In this document: positions 54,385-63,011 of the stretch, one piece after another
Layout: each line of letters starts with the position of its first letter
Position numbering within the stretch: position 1 is the first letter of the stretch
Source: Gammaproteobacteria bacterium
GTDB taxonomy: Bacteria > Pseudomonadota > Gammaproteobacteria > Steroidobacterales > Foliamicaceae
Assembly (NCBI GenBank): GCA_026708965.1
Contig: JAPOTY010000037.1
Span: 89,949 to 153,948 of the forward strand
Reading direction: 5' to 3'
DNA: 64,000 nucleotides
Notes under the pieces: generated by a model
What the model saw: only the letters and a program-made list of their open reading frames with translations
Told to the model about the DNA's origin: nothing
Database searches by the model: none
Position numbers and translations under genes: made by a program

Positions 54385-55446
54385 ATGGCAGCCGGTTTCG
54401 TCGCAATCTGCGTGTTTCTGGTCGCAGCGGCGCTGGCCTGCGTCGCGCCGCCGCTATGGCGCGACCGCGGCAAGCCCGCAAGCACTGCGGCGCTGACCGC
54501 ATCCTGCCTGCTGATCCCGGTGCTGGCCGCGCTGACCTACCTGCAATCCAGCAACCACGAATGGGCCCATGCCGGCATCGGGGCGGGGGAAGGCGGTTCG
54601 CCTCCAGCAGTGGAGGAATTGATCGAGCCCTTGCGCGCAAGGCTGGAAGCGTCGCCGGACGATCCCAGGGGCTGGATGCTGCTGGGGGCCTCCTACATCC
54701 AGGTGGAGCGTTACTCCGAGGCGGCACAGGCCTTCGACCGGGTGCTGGGCCTGACCGGCGGGCGCGATATGGACGCGCTCATGGGCAAGGCCGAGGCGCT
54801 GATTCTCGACAATCCCGAGCGCCTCCTGCAGGATGCGGGCGAAATGGTCGAGCAGGTGCTGCAGACGGACCCCGCCAATCCCAAAGGCCTTTGGTACGGC
54901 GGCTTGCGAGCCAGCGCAACGGGCGAGAGCGTGATCGCCGTGCAGCGCTGGCGGGCGATGCTGGAAGGCCCGGTCACGCCCGAGGTGAGGGCCATCGTTG
55001 AGGGCGAACTCAATCGGCTGGGCGCGAGCGCTGGCGCAAGCGTTGGCGCAAGCGTTGGCGCAAGCGTTGGCACGAGCGGGCCGGCCAGCGCAGAAGAGGG
55101 AGCCGCTCTCGCGCTCGGCAACGTGGAGCTTCGATTAAGCCTCGGCCCGCCTGCATCCCCGCCGCCCGGCGCTGTTCTTTTCGTCGTGGCGCGCATTCCC
55201 GGCCAGGTCGGGCCGCCGCTGGCCGCAAAACGCGTGGACGGCGCACGTTTTCCGCTGCAAATCCGATTGAGCGATGCCGATGCCATGCTCCCCGGCGCCA
55301 AGATCTCAGATCAGCCCGAACTGGCCATCACCGCCCGCCTCTCCGCCAGCGGCCAGACCGCCCGCAACGCCGGCGACTACGAAGCGCAAGGCACTTGGCA
55401 AACAGGGCAGGGCGCACTGGAGCTAGAACTGATCCATCAGCCTTAA
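54385..55446 (+). CDS. ccmI: c-type cytochrome biogenesis protein CcmI (TPR)
   Basis: 353 aa. N-terminal TM segments followed by TPR-like repeats. Last gene of the cluster. Confidence 0.8.
   Translation: MAAGFVAICVFLVAAALACVAPPLWRDRGKPASTAALTASCLLIPVLAALTYLQSSNHEWAHAGIGAGEGGSPPAVEELIEPLRARLEASPDDPRGWMLLGASYIQVERYSEAAQAFDRVLGLTGGRDMDALMGKAEALILDNPERLLQDAGEMVEQVLQTDPANPKGLWYGGLRASATGESVIAVQRWRAMLEGPVTPEVRAIVEGELNRLGASAGASVGASVGASVGTSGPASAEEGAALALGNVELRLSLGPPASPPPGAVLFVVARIPGQVGPPLAAKRVDGARFPLQIRLSDADAMLPGAKISDQPELAITARLSASGQTARNAGDYEAQGTWQTGQGALELELIHQP
55021..55080 (+). repeat. In-frame 12-bp tandem repeat within ccmI: three perfect GGCGCAAGCGTT units flanked by two degenerate units
   Basis: Read directly. 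Encodes GASA-GASV-GASV-GASV-GTSG. Confidence 0.9.
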
Positions 55447-55537
55447 GTTAGCGAATTATATCCAAAAATCACAATTCCCTTGATTCCATCTGGTTGAGCG
55501 CAATCCAATATGGACATGAGCCTGAAGGGATGGGTAG

Positions 55538-55906
55538 TGTCTGAGCGGCGAGCGCACCAGGCCGGGCGCAATGATCTACACTGACGATGCGAGGGCTTAC
55601 AAGGGATTGCCGAACCACGAGGCGGTCAAGCATTCCGTATCCGAGTATGTCCGGGATCAAGTCCACACGAACGGCATCGAGAGCTTCTGGTCATTGCTGA
55701 AACGGGGGTATCAGGGCATCTACCACAAAATGTCGCCCAAGCACCTTGACCGCTATGTCCGTGAATACTCCCACCGGCACAACGTGCGTGAATGCGACAC
55801 CATCGACCAGATGAACTCGCTGGTCGAAGGGATGAGGCTCAAGCGGCTGAAATACAAGGACCTGATTGCGGACAACGGCTTGGATTCGGGCGCAAGGGCG
55901 GCTTGA
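55538..55906 (+). pseudogene. 5'-truncated IS1595-family (ISXO2-like DDE) transposase remnant
   Basis: PGAMIYTDDARAYKGL...VKHSVSEYVRDQVHTNGIESFWSLLKRGYQGIYHKMSPKHLDRYVREYSHRHN is the C-terminal third of IS1595 transposases. An in-frame stop at 55535..55537 leaves no N-terminal part. Confidence 0.75.
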
Positions 55907-56124
55907 TGGGGAAGCCGGCCGCCGGAAGGGGAAAGCGTCGGCCCGGAATCCGGGAAATGCCGGTTCCGCCCACCGATTACCAGCCCTCACGGGATGAGCT
56001 GGAAGAGGAAACGGATATGCCGAAGCTGTCCCGCAGAGCCGCCCGGAAGGCGTTTTTCCGTCCATTCCGATTCATCAAGAAGCAATCCGTTTGACATTCC
56101 CGCCGATCCGGGCCGATAATCTGG

Positions 56125-56255
56125 ATTGCTAACACTCTCTGGGCGTCCGCTTTGTCGGGCTACCGGTTGAATACAACAGTCGATCAGGGCAAGGGGTCGC
56201 TCCCCAAGCCCGGCAAATAAGCCGGAACTTGTCTGTTCCCAGAGATGTTAGCAAT
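56125..56255. repeat. 131-bp element bounded by 18/19-bp inverted repeats (ATTGCTAACACTCTCTGGG ... CCCAGAGATGTTAGCAAT); MITE-like or a structured RNA
   Basis: Arms at 56125..56143 and 56238..56255 are reverse complements apart from one single-base indel. A partial third copy TTGCTAACA starts at about 56279. Confidence 0.5.
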
Positions 56256-56304
56256 GGCCCGGCACCTATGCCGGAATTTTGCTAACAAAAAAGGGAATGG
56301 GAAT

Positions 56305-56487
56305 ATGGCAACCGCAACTTATTACGCCAAAATCAGGATAGACGGGAAAGGCGTCGGGGAATTGGGTCGGCTGGTTGAATCCTTGAAGCGGTCCAGTGAA
56401 TCTTTGGAGCGATATATCCGCCGTCCGTGGTGGAGGAAATTGCTCGGTCTAGAAGTTATAGGAGGCAACCAGAATGCCGCTATTTGA
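56305..56487 (+). CDS. Hypothetical small protein (60 aa), overlapping the start of the next gene by 14 nt
   Basis: ATG at 56305, preceded by AAGGGAATGGGAAT. Lower-GC accessory DNA. No recognisable motif. Confidence 0.3.
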   Translation: MATATYYAKIRIDGKGVGELGRLVESLKRSSESLERYIRRPWWRKLLGLEVIGGNQNAAI

Positions 56488-57541
56488 AATCACCAATAAT
56501 TCAATCCAGAAGATAGCAACTACTACTTTCTCTCAAGCTAAGATGTTGGAACGCCAAGACCTCCAGAGCCGCTTAAGGTCGGATATTGACGTGATTTCCC
56601 CCGATCCAGATAAACTGCTGGTGGTTGCTGAGGAGTTCAGCGAATGGGAAGACAGCAGGCGAAGCATTGATTTGCTTGGCGTAGATAAGGAAGCCAATCT
56701 GGTTGTCATTGAACTGAAGCGCACTGAGGACGGTGGTCATATGGAGTTGCAGGCCATCCGCTATGCCGCCATGATCGCCACGCTAACATTCGAAAAGCTA
56801 GTCGCCATTTACGGCGATTTCCTTAAAAAGTACGATAATGACAAAGACCCCACTCATGAATTGCTGGATTTCCTTGGCTGGGATGAGCCAGAAGAGGATA
56901 AATTTGGACAGCAGGTAAAGATCGTTCTAGCATCCGGGGGCTTTTCAAAAGAGTTGACTACTTCGGTACTGTGGTTGAATGAATTCGATCTGGATATTCG
57001 TTGCGTGCGGATGCAGCCGTATGACCATGATGGGCAGATTCTGCTGGATGTTCAGACCATCATTCCCATGCCTGAGACCGAGGATTATCAGGTCCAAATC
57101 CAAGAGAAGAGGCGCAAAGAGAAAGAATCTCGGAAAAGGGATACTACTAAGTATGATATCGTCATTGATGGTGATCTTCACCGCGCTTTGAACAACCGGA
57201 AAATGATATTTCATCTCGTGTCAAGCATCCTTGAAAAAGGCGATGCCACACCACAGAGAATTATCGAAGTCGTTCCTGGACGGGGCGGGAGTCTCTTTAA
57301 GGAATTAGATGGAGAGCTAAACGCGGAGCAATTTCAAGAGATCATGAAGTCGGATAATGGCGGTACTGCACCCTCTCCATCCCGTTACTTCTATAAAGAA
57401 GATCACGAATTATTCCATTTCGCCCCAAAGACATACGCGCTGTCCAATCAATGGGACGCCCAGCAAGCCGTGTCTGCTGCAGAATCACTTCGCAAGGCCT
57501 TCCCGAAACTCAGAATAGAGTTCAGGCCAACCGGAACATAG
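56474..57541 (+). CDS. PD-(D/E)XK nuclease-like (NucS/DUF91-type core) protein, accessory
   Basis: 355 aa. ...RRSIDLLGVDKEANLVVIELKR...ELQAIRYAAM has the D...(D/E)xK-style pattern of NucS-like endonuclease cores. GC content is clearly lower than in the flanks. Confidence 0.65.
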   Translation: MPLFEITNNSIQKIATTTFSQAKMLERQDLQSRLRSDIDVISPDPDKLLVVAEEFSEWEDSRRSIDLLGVDKEANLVVIELKRTEDGGHMELQAIRYAAMIATLTFEKLVAIYGDFLKKYDNDKDPTHELLDFLGWDEPEEDKFGQQVKIVLASGGFSKELTTSVLWLNEFDLDIRCVRMQPYDHDGQILLDVQTIIPMPETEDYQVQIQEKRRKEKESRKRDTTKYDIVIDGDLHRALNNRKMIFHLVSSILEKGDATPQRIIEVVPGRGGSLFKELDGELNAEQFQEIMKSDNGGTAPSPSRYFYKEDHELFHFAPKTYALSNQWDAQQAVSAAESLRKAFPKLRIEFRPTGT

Positions 57542-57909
57542 GCACTACGTTGAAATGGAACGATCCGCCGCTGTCCTCTGCCGCAGATTGCGTCGGTGCT
57601 CTCAGGCCTCCAATAGGCTTTCCAGATCAGGCAGCGCCAGCCTGTAACGTGTATGCCGTGCGCTTGCACGGCGATTTGGGCAAACCAACCTATCCATTCG
57701 GTTATGTCCAAGGACTGGCTCGCCCGGTTCAGAGCGGCGTAATATCCTTTCCTCTCCCGGCAGATTTCCGCCGACAAAGGCAATAGCGTCGGCCGTCCGA
57801 GCGTGCGCGCCAAAGCTTTCTCGGCGAGCGCGCGGCCAATTCGGCCGTTGCCATCCTCAAACGGGTGGATGGACTCGAAATACAAATGCGCCGCTGCGAT
57901 CGTCTCCAA
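57448..57909 (-). pseudogene. Fic/DOC-family (AMPylase-type) gene remnant
   Basis: The Fic motif HPFEDGNGRIGR lies only about 15 aa from the ORF start, so the usual ~150-200-aa N-terminal region is missing. The ORF tail runs 94 nt into the convergent gene. A different frame reads ...RHTRYRLALPDLESLLEA-stop, which looks like the true wHTH end, implying a frameshift or internal deletion. Confidence 0.7.
57581..57632 (+). repeat. 52-bp direct repeat, left copy (partner 63368..63419; 6 mismatches)
   Basis: CCGCAGATTGCGTCGGTGCTCTCAGGCCTCCAATAGGCTTTCCAGATCAGGC versus CCGCAGGTTATGTCGGCGCTCTCAGGGCTCCAATAGGCTTTCCAGATCAAGC, aligned by eye. Confidence 0.7.
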
Positions 57910-58024
57910 AGCCGTTGCAGGGTTGGCGGCTTCCGTATCAGCTTTGGCGTATTAAGCCCCTTAGTTTCCCCACGTTCGGCGGCCGATGCGAAAGCCGGCT
58001 GGCGCTGGACATTCGAGTGCTTGC

Positions 58025-59065
58025 TCATGCTGTCCGCCAAACCGTCACGCCGCCCCGGGCATCGAGCGCAGCCAGCGCGCGTCCGTCCGGACGCCAGCGC
58101 AAGCCGGCCACCACGTCCGCCACAACCGCGGCTCCGATCGGAGCCCCTTCTCCGTCCCTCTGCATCGACCACACCACAACGGCGCCGTCGCGGCCGCCCG
58201 AGGCCAAGCGCATCGCCCGGCCAGCGAAGGCCAGCGTCGTGACGGACCGGGCATGGAACTCCAGAACGCCGGGCCGCGTGCCCTCGGGGCCGCCTCCCTG
58301 GAAGCTCCAGACCGTCACCGCGCTGCCGCCGCCGGTCGCTAGGAGAGTGCCGGTGGCATCGAAAGCCAAAGCGGACGGTTTGCCGGGATAGCCGGACATC
58401 ATCGAATCCTCCTCCATGGAGCGGCGCCAGAAATGCACCGAATTATCCTGGCTGCCGCAGGCCACGATATCGCCGTCCGGGCTCAGCGCCATCGAGACCA
58501 GGGAGCCCTTCCACTCCAGTTTCTGGCGAAGCGCTCCCGCGGACCCGTCGAAGAACGCCACCCGGCCGTAGCAGGCCGTCGCCAGCTCCCCTGCGGCGGA
58601 CCAAGCGATCGCGCTGACGGTGCTGGGATGGTCATCGGAGCGCCAGGCTTCCGCGCCGTCCGCGCCGTACACGTGAACCTGCCGCGAGCAGGAAGCCGCG
58701 AGCCATCGGCCGTCCGGCGACCAGGCCACGTTCTCCACCCAATCGCCGGCGAGTTCGATGGCATGGCTGGGGCGGCCTTCGGCAACGCTCCAGATAAGAA
58801 CCCGTCCGTCCTGCCCAGCCGTGGCGAACGCGGCGCCATCCGGGCGGATGGCCATTGCCAGCAAGCCGCCGTCGTGGGCCTTCTGCCGCGCCCAGGCGCT
58901 TGCCCCGGACCTGCCATCGAATGCATGGACGCCACCTGCGCTATCGCCGACAACGAGCGCATCGCCGCCCCGTGTCCAGCCTCCGGCGATGGCGTAGTCA
59001 CCGACTGCCGCGGACCAGCCCCTGCGGAGGACTCCCTGCGACTTGCCGGCGTTCAAATCAGGCAT
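58025..59065 (-). CDS. Cytoplasmic WD40-repeat beta-propeller protein, last gene of the Zur-box operon
   Basis: 346 aa with no signal peptide. Repeated ...SPDG..LA(S/T)...D..V.(I/V)W... blades. The start overlaps the COG0523 stop by 13 nt. Confidence 0.85.
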   Translation of the reverse strand: MPDLNAGKSQGVLRRGWSAAVGDYAIAGGWTRGGDALVVGDSAGGVHAFDGRSGASAWARQKAHDGGLLAMAIRPDGAAFATAGQDGRVLIWSVAEGRPSHAIELAGDWVENVAWSPDGRWLAASCSRQVHVYGADGAEAWRSDDHPSTVSAIAWSAAGELATACYGRVAFFDGSAGALRQKLEWKGSLVSMALSPDGDIVACGSQDNSVHFWRRSMEEDSMMSGYPGKPSALAFDATGTLLATGGGSAVTVWSFQGGGPEGTRPGVLEFHARSVTTLAFAGRAMRLASGGRDGAVVVWSMQRDGEGAPIGAAVVADVVAGLRWRPDGRALAALDARGGVTVWRTA

Positions 59066-60399
59066 GCATCGAATCCCCGCCGCATGCCCGCCTCATCAAG
59101 GTTGCGGCCGATAAAGATCAGCTGGTTGCGCCGCGGCATGTCTCCCCATGGACGATCCGGCTGGCCGTCGAACAGCATGTGAACCCCTTGGAACACGAAG
59201 CGCCGAGGCTCGCCCGCAACGCTGATGAAGCCCTTCATCCGGAAGATATCCACGCCGCGCTCGCGGAGCAGCTCGCTGAGCCAGGCGTTGAGCTTTTCGG
59301 GATCGACATCGCCATCCCTCTCGATGGCGATCGATCCCACCTCGTCGTCATGCTCGTGCTGGGCGACCCAAGTGCGCTCGGCCTCCGGACTGATCGCCGC
59401 TCCCTCGGCGCTGCTAAGTTGAAGATCGAACTCTTCCGCGGTGTGCTGGGCGTAGAGGCCGACGCGCGCCGGCGTGTCTGTCTCCAAGAAGAACGATTTG
59501 CGTCCCCGGGAGTCGAGCTGGAGGTTCAGATGCTTGCCGATGATGATCTTCTCCCCCGGACGAACGGGCTCTGCCGGTTCGGCGTAGCGCCGCACGCACC
59601 ACTCCGCGCCCTCGCGTAGGGCGGCATCATCCACGCCTTGGCCGGACACGGCGACGAGCGACATCGACGGATCAGGCCCTTCCGCGAGACTGAGCTCGTA
59701 GCGACCCGGGCCGAGCGCATAAACGCCGGTCCACTCGAACGGATACTCCGGCTCCAGGAAGGTGGGGCGACGCTCAAGCGCCTGGTCCAAATCGAAAGCG
59801 CTGAGGTTCAGCACCTTGCCCACAGGGAGGTTCGCCCGCTCGCTACGCACGACTTGCGCCATTCGGTTCATGTCACGGAGCCGAATCTCAAGCCCGTCGA
59901 GCGCTTCGTCATCGACCAGGTCCGTTTTGTTGAGGACCAGGATATCCGCGAACGCGATTTGCTCGGTGCTTTCATCGCTGCGGCCGAGCTGCTGCTCGAT
60001 ATGGGCCGCATCGACGAGCGTGACGATTCCGTCAAGGGAGAACTCCTCGCGAATCTCGTCGTCCATGAAGAAGGTCTGGGCGACCGGCCCGGGATCGGCG
60101 AGCCCGGTGGTCTCGACCAGCACGTAATCGAATTTGTCGCGGCGCTTCATCAGGTTACCGAGCACGCGGATCAGATCTCCGCGCACCGTGCAGCAAATGC
60201 AGCCGTTCGACATCTCGAAGATCTCTTCGTCGGCATCGATGACGAGCGCTTGGTCGATGCCGACCTCCCCGTACTCGTTTTCGATCACGGCAATGCGCTT
60301 GCCGTGCTCCTCGCTCAAGATCCGATTGAGCAGAGTGGTTTTGCCGGATCCGAGGAAACCGGTGAGGATCGTTACGGGAATTTTTTGGAAGGTGTTCAT
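59053..60399 (-). CDS. COG0523 / CobW-family G3E GTPase (ZigA/YeiR-like putative zinc metallochaperone)
   Basis: 448 aa. P-loop GFLGSGKTT, metal motif GCICCT, ETTGLADP, an acidic/His stretch QHEHDDE, and a CobW_C tail (IFRMKGFISV...VFQGV). Confidence 0.9.
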   Translation of the reverse strand: MNTFQKIPVTILTGFLGSGKTTLLNRILSEEHGKRIAVIENEYGEVGIDQALVIDADEEIFEMSNGCICCTVRGDLIRVLGNLMKRRDKFDYVLVETTGLADPGPVAQTFFMDDEIREEFSLDGIVTLVDAAHIEQQLGRSDESTEQIAFADILVLNKTDLVDDEALDGLEIRLRDMNRMAQVVRSERANLPVGKVLNLSAFDLDQALERRPTFLEPEYPFEWTGVYALGPGRYELSLAEGPDPSMSLVAVSGQGVDDAALREGAEWCVRRYAEPAEPVRPGEKIIIGKHLNLQLDSRGRKSFFLETDTPARVGLYAQHTAEEFDLQLSSAEGAAISPEAERTWVAQHEHDDEVGSIAIERDGDVDPEKLNAWLSELLRERGVDIFRMKGFISVAGEPRRFVFQGVHMLFDGQPDRPWGDMPRRNQLIFIGRNLDEAGMRRGFDACLI

Positions 60400-60461
60400 C
60401 TAAATCTCCTTGGTGAATGGCGCGGAGGCGGCGGTTTGCGCCTCGAATCCCCGCGCTTTGC

Positions 60462-61361
60462 TCAGCGCGCGGCCGGACGATCGAGCGCGTCGAGCAACGC
60501 GCCGAGATTGTGCCGGAACATCTCCAGGTAGCTGGTGGCCGGCCCTCCGCGCTCGGACAAGGCATCGGAGAACAAGCGCCCGCCGATCGCGATGCCGGTC
60601 TCGTCCGATATCTGCTGGATAAGCGCGGGATTGGAGATATTCTCGACGAATAAAGCGGCTGCGCCCTCGGCCTGCAACTGTTCGATTAGAAGCGCAAGGT
60701 CGCGGGCCGAAGGCTCTCCTTCGGTATCGATGCCTTGAGGCGCGAGAAAAGTGAGGCCGTAGGCGTCCGCCAGATACCCGAACGCGTCATGGGCGGTGAC
60801 GACGGTGCGGCGGCCAGCCGGGAGCGCCGCCAGCTTGGCGCGGGTCTCGGCATCCAGAGCCTTGAGTTCGGCGATATAGGACTCGGCCTTCGCGGTGATC
60901 GCGCTAGCGTGCCCGGGCATGGCTTCGCCCAGCGACTTGGCGATATTGCGGATGTAAGTCACGCCGTTCGTGAGCGAGTTCCAAGCGTGGGGATCGGTCG
61001 CGCCATCAATCTCGATCGGGGCGATGCCGTGCGTCGCCACATGGACGGCGGCTTGGCTCCCCGATTCCGCGATCAATGTTTCCGCCCATGTCTCGAAGCC
61101 CAGCCCGTTGACGAAGATCACGTCCGCCTCGGCCACGGCCCGCGCATCGGCCACCGAGGGCTGATAGATGTGGGCATCGGCATCGGGGCCGACGATTGTG
61201 CTGACGCTGGCGAGATCGCCAGCCACCTGCTCGACCATGTCGCCCAGAATTGAAAAGCTGGCGACGATCCGGATATCCTGCCTCTGAGCCGGCGCGGGCA
61301 AGGCGGTGAGCGCCAGCGATGCGGAAACCAAGACAATGCGAAGGGTTTTCAAAAGATTCAT
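60462..61361 (-). CDS. znuA: Metal ABC transporter substrate-binding protein, zinc-type ligand set (ZnuA/AztC-like)
   Basis: Start at MNLLKTLRIVLVSASLALTALPAPA, with GGGAGG upstream. ADAHIY, DPHAW and AHDAFGY provide His ligands; the third ligand is His rather than Glu, which favours Zn over Mn. There is no His-rich loop. Confidence 0.8.
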   Translation of the reverse strand: MNLLKTLRIVLVSASLALTALPAPAQRQDIRIVASFSILGDMVEQVAGDLASVSTIVGPDADAHIYQPSVADARAVAEADVIFVNGLGFETWAETLIAESGSQAAVHVATHGIAPIEIDGATDPHAWNSLTNGVTYIRNIAKSLGEAMPGHASAITAKAESYIAELKALDAETRAKLAALPAGRRTVVTAHDAFGYLADAYGLTFLAPQGIDTEGEPSARDLALLIEQLQAEGAAALFVENISNPALIQQISDETGIAIGGRLFSDALSERGGPATSYLEMFRHNLGALLDALDRPAAR

Positions 61362-62260
61362 GGCGTCCTCCCTTGCGGAGGGATGCGCGGGACAGGCCTT
61401 GCTTCGGCGTCGGACGGGCTTTGAAATGATCCTCCGAAGCCGAGCGGGCCGAACAGGGCCGAGACCAGGAATAAGCAGCCGGCCACCAGAACAATCGCCG
61501 GGCCGGACGGGGTTTCGGGAAGCAAATAGGACAGGGTCAGGCCGATCCAGCAGCTCGATAGGGCGCACACGAATCCGGCGGCCAGTTGCCCGGTGATGGT
61601 GCTCGCCCAGTAGCGCGCGGCGGTCGCGGGGAGGATCATCAGCCCGACGGCCATGAGCGTGCCGAGGGTCTTGAAAGCCGCCAAGAGATTCAGCACCACA
61701 AGGAGCATGAATATCTGTTCGGCCACCCAGGGCCTTCGCGTCTGCGACTCGAAGAACACGGGATCGCAGGTGCTGACGATGAGGGGCCGCAACAGCACCG
61801 CGAACGAGACCAAGGTCACGGTCGCAACACCGCCTAGGAGGAGCATCGAAGGGTCATCGATCCCGAGGATCGAACCGAAGAGGAAACTCTGGAGGGGCAC
61901 CGCCGAGCCTGCCGCCGAGAGGATGAAAATGCCCGCCGCCAGCGCGATGAGGTAGAGCGAGGCGAGGCTTGCGTCGCTGCGCAGGATCGTCCTTCGCGCC
62001 AGCAGCGCCGCCAGGCTGGCGACGCCGATCCCGGCGATAAGCCCGCCCACGAGCAGCGATGCCGCCGACATGCCCGCCGCGACAAATCCGATCACGATGC
62101 CCGGAGTGATGGCGTGGGCCATGGCTTCGCCGGCCAGCGACAGCCGACGAAGAACGAGGAAGGCGCCGACCGGCGCGATCGAAATCGACAGGACGGTCGT
62201 CGCCACGAAGGCGCGCCGCATGAAGGCGAAGCCCCACATCTCGGCGAAGAACTCAAGCAC
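61358..62260 (-). CDS. znuB: Metal ABC transporter permease (ABC-3 family, ZnuB-like)
   Basis: 300 aa, polytopic. ATGA overlap with the SBP start and an 8-nt overlap with the ATPase stop. Confidence 0.9.
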   Translation of the reverse strand: MLEFFAEMWGFAFMRRAFVATTVLSISIAPVGAFLVLRRLSLAGEAMAHAITPGIVIGFVAAGMSAASLLVGGLIAGIGVASLAALLARRTILRSDASLASLYLIALAAGIFILSAAGSAVPLQSFLFGSILGIDDPSMLLLGGVATVTLVSFAVLLRPLIVSTCDPVFFESQTRRPWVAEQIFMLLVVLNLLAAFKTLGTLMAVGLMILPATAARYWASTITGQLAAGFVCALSSCWIGLTLSYLLPETPSGPAIVLVAGCLFLVSALFGPLGFGGSFQSPSDAEARPVPRIPPQGRTP

Positions 62261-63011
62261 AGCGGCTTGCCGGGCTCGCTGCGGGATCGCGGAGCATCCA
62301 TGCCGCCTGGCTCTCCGAGAGGTAGCCTTGCGCGACGAGGCGCTCAGGCGTCAGCACGCTCTCGACCGCGCCGTGCGTCGCGATCCCGCCACCGAGGAGC
62401 AGGGCTTGGCCGCAGTGGTCCAGCACCGATGAGAGGTCGTGGACGACCAGTCCGACCGCGCGGCCCTCGCGGCGCCAGCGCGCCATGATCGACAGCAGAT
62501 GCTCCTCGGTGCTCTGATCGACAGCGGCGAAGGGCTCGTCCAGCAGGATCAGCGGGGCATCCTGCAGCATCACGCGGGCGAACAGCGCGCGCTGAAGCTG
62601 CCCGCCCGACAGCGTGTGCAGCGACCGGTCGGCAAGGGGCAGGACGCCAGCCTCGTCGAGCGCCGCCGCCACCCGGTTGCGGCCGGCGCGGTCGAGTCCG
62701 GACCACAGGCCTAAGCCCCGCCACGCCCCCATGGAGGCCAGATCCCGCACGCGAATGGGGAAGCGGCGGTCGAAATCGCTCATCTGCGCGAGATAGCCGA
62801 TCTCATGCGGACGGCCTTTGGGCCAAGCCAGCTGCCCTGACAACGGCGGGATCAGGCCGAGCAGCGCCTTGACGAAGGTGCTCTTGCCCGAGCCGTTCGC
62901 GCCCAGCACGGCGAGCATCGTTCCGGCTTCAATATCGATGGACAGTTGACGGAACAGCGTCAGGCCGGGATAGCCGAGGGCGAGATTGCGGATCTGGAGA
63001 ATGGCCGGCAT
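62253..63011 (-). CDS. znuC: Metal ABC transporter ATP-binding protein (ZnuC-like)
   Basis: Start at MPAILQIRNLALGY. Walker A GANGSGKST, signature LSGGQLQR, Walker B LILLDEP. The upstream extension to 63101 shows no homology-like features. Confidence 0.9.
   Translation of the reverse strand: MPAILQIRNLALGYPGLTLFRQLSIDIEAGTMLAVLGANGSGKSTFVKALLGLIPPLSGQLAWPKGRPHEIGYLAQMSDFDRRFPIRVRDLASMGAWRGLGLWSGLDRAGRNRVAAALDEAGVLPLADRSLHTLSGGQLQRALFARVMLQDAPLILLDEPFAAVDQSTEEHLLSIMARWRREGRAVGLVVHDLSSVLDHCGQALLLGGGIATHGAVESVLTPERLVAQGYLSESQAAWMLRDPAASPASRCA

Noticed and set aside
55021-55080. Short tandem repeats as a possible CRISPR array
   Set aside because: The 12-bp units have no spacers, are in frame inside ccmI, and there are no cas genes. 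No CRISPR array was seen anywhere in the window.
55906-56094. 62-aa ORF (MGKPAAGRGKRRPG...FRFIKKQSV) overlapping the transposase-remnant stop
   Set aside because: No RBS and no recognisable family, and it lies in decayed IS DNA. Possibly real, but unsupported.
56125-56255. Retron msr/msd-like ncRNA (inverted repeats flanking a structured region)
   Set aside because: No reverse transcriptase gene is nearby. A MITE or other structured RNA is more parsimonious.
57448-57909. Intact Fic toxin/AMPylase gene
   Set aside because: The Fic motif sits about 15 residues from the ORF start, so the N-terminal domains are missing. The ORF tail overlaps the convergent gene by 94 nt, and the plausible native C-terminus is in another frame. 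Treated as a pseudogene.
58025-59065. WD40 protein as an AztD-type periplasmic zinc chaperone
   Set aside because: There is no signal peptide or lipobox, and the repeats are WD40-like rather than AztD-like. Only the general analogy (a propeller in a zinc operon) is kept.
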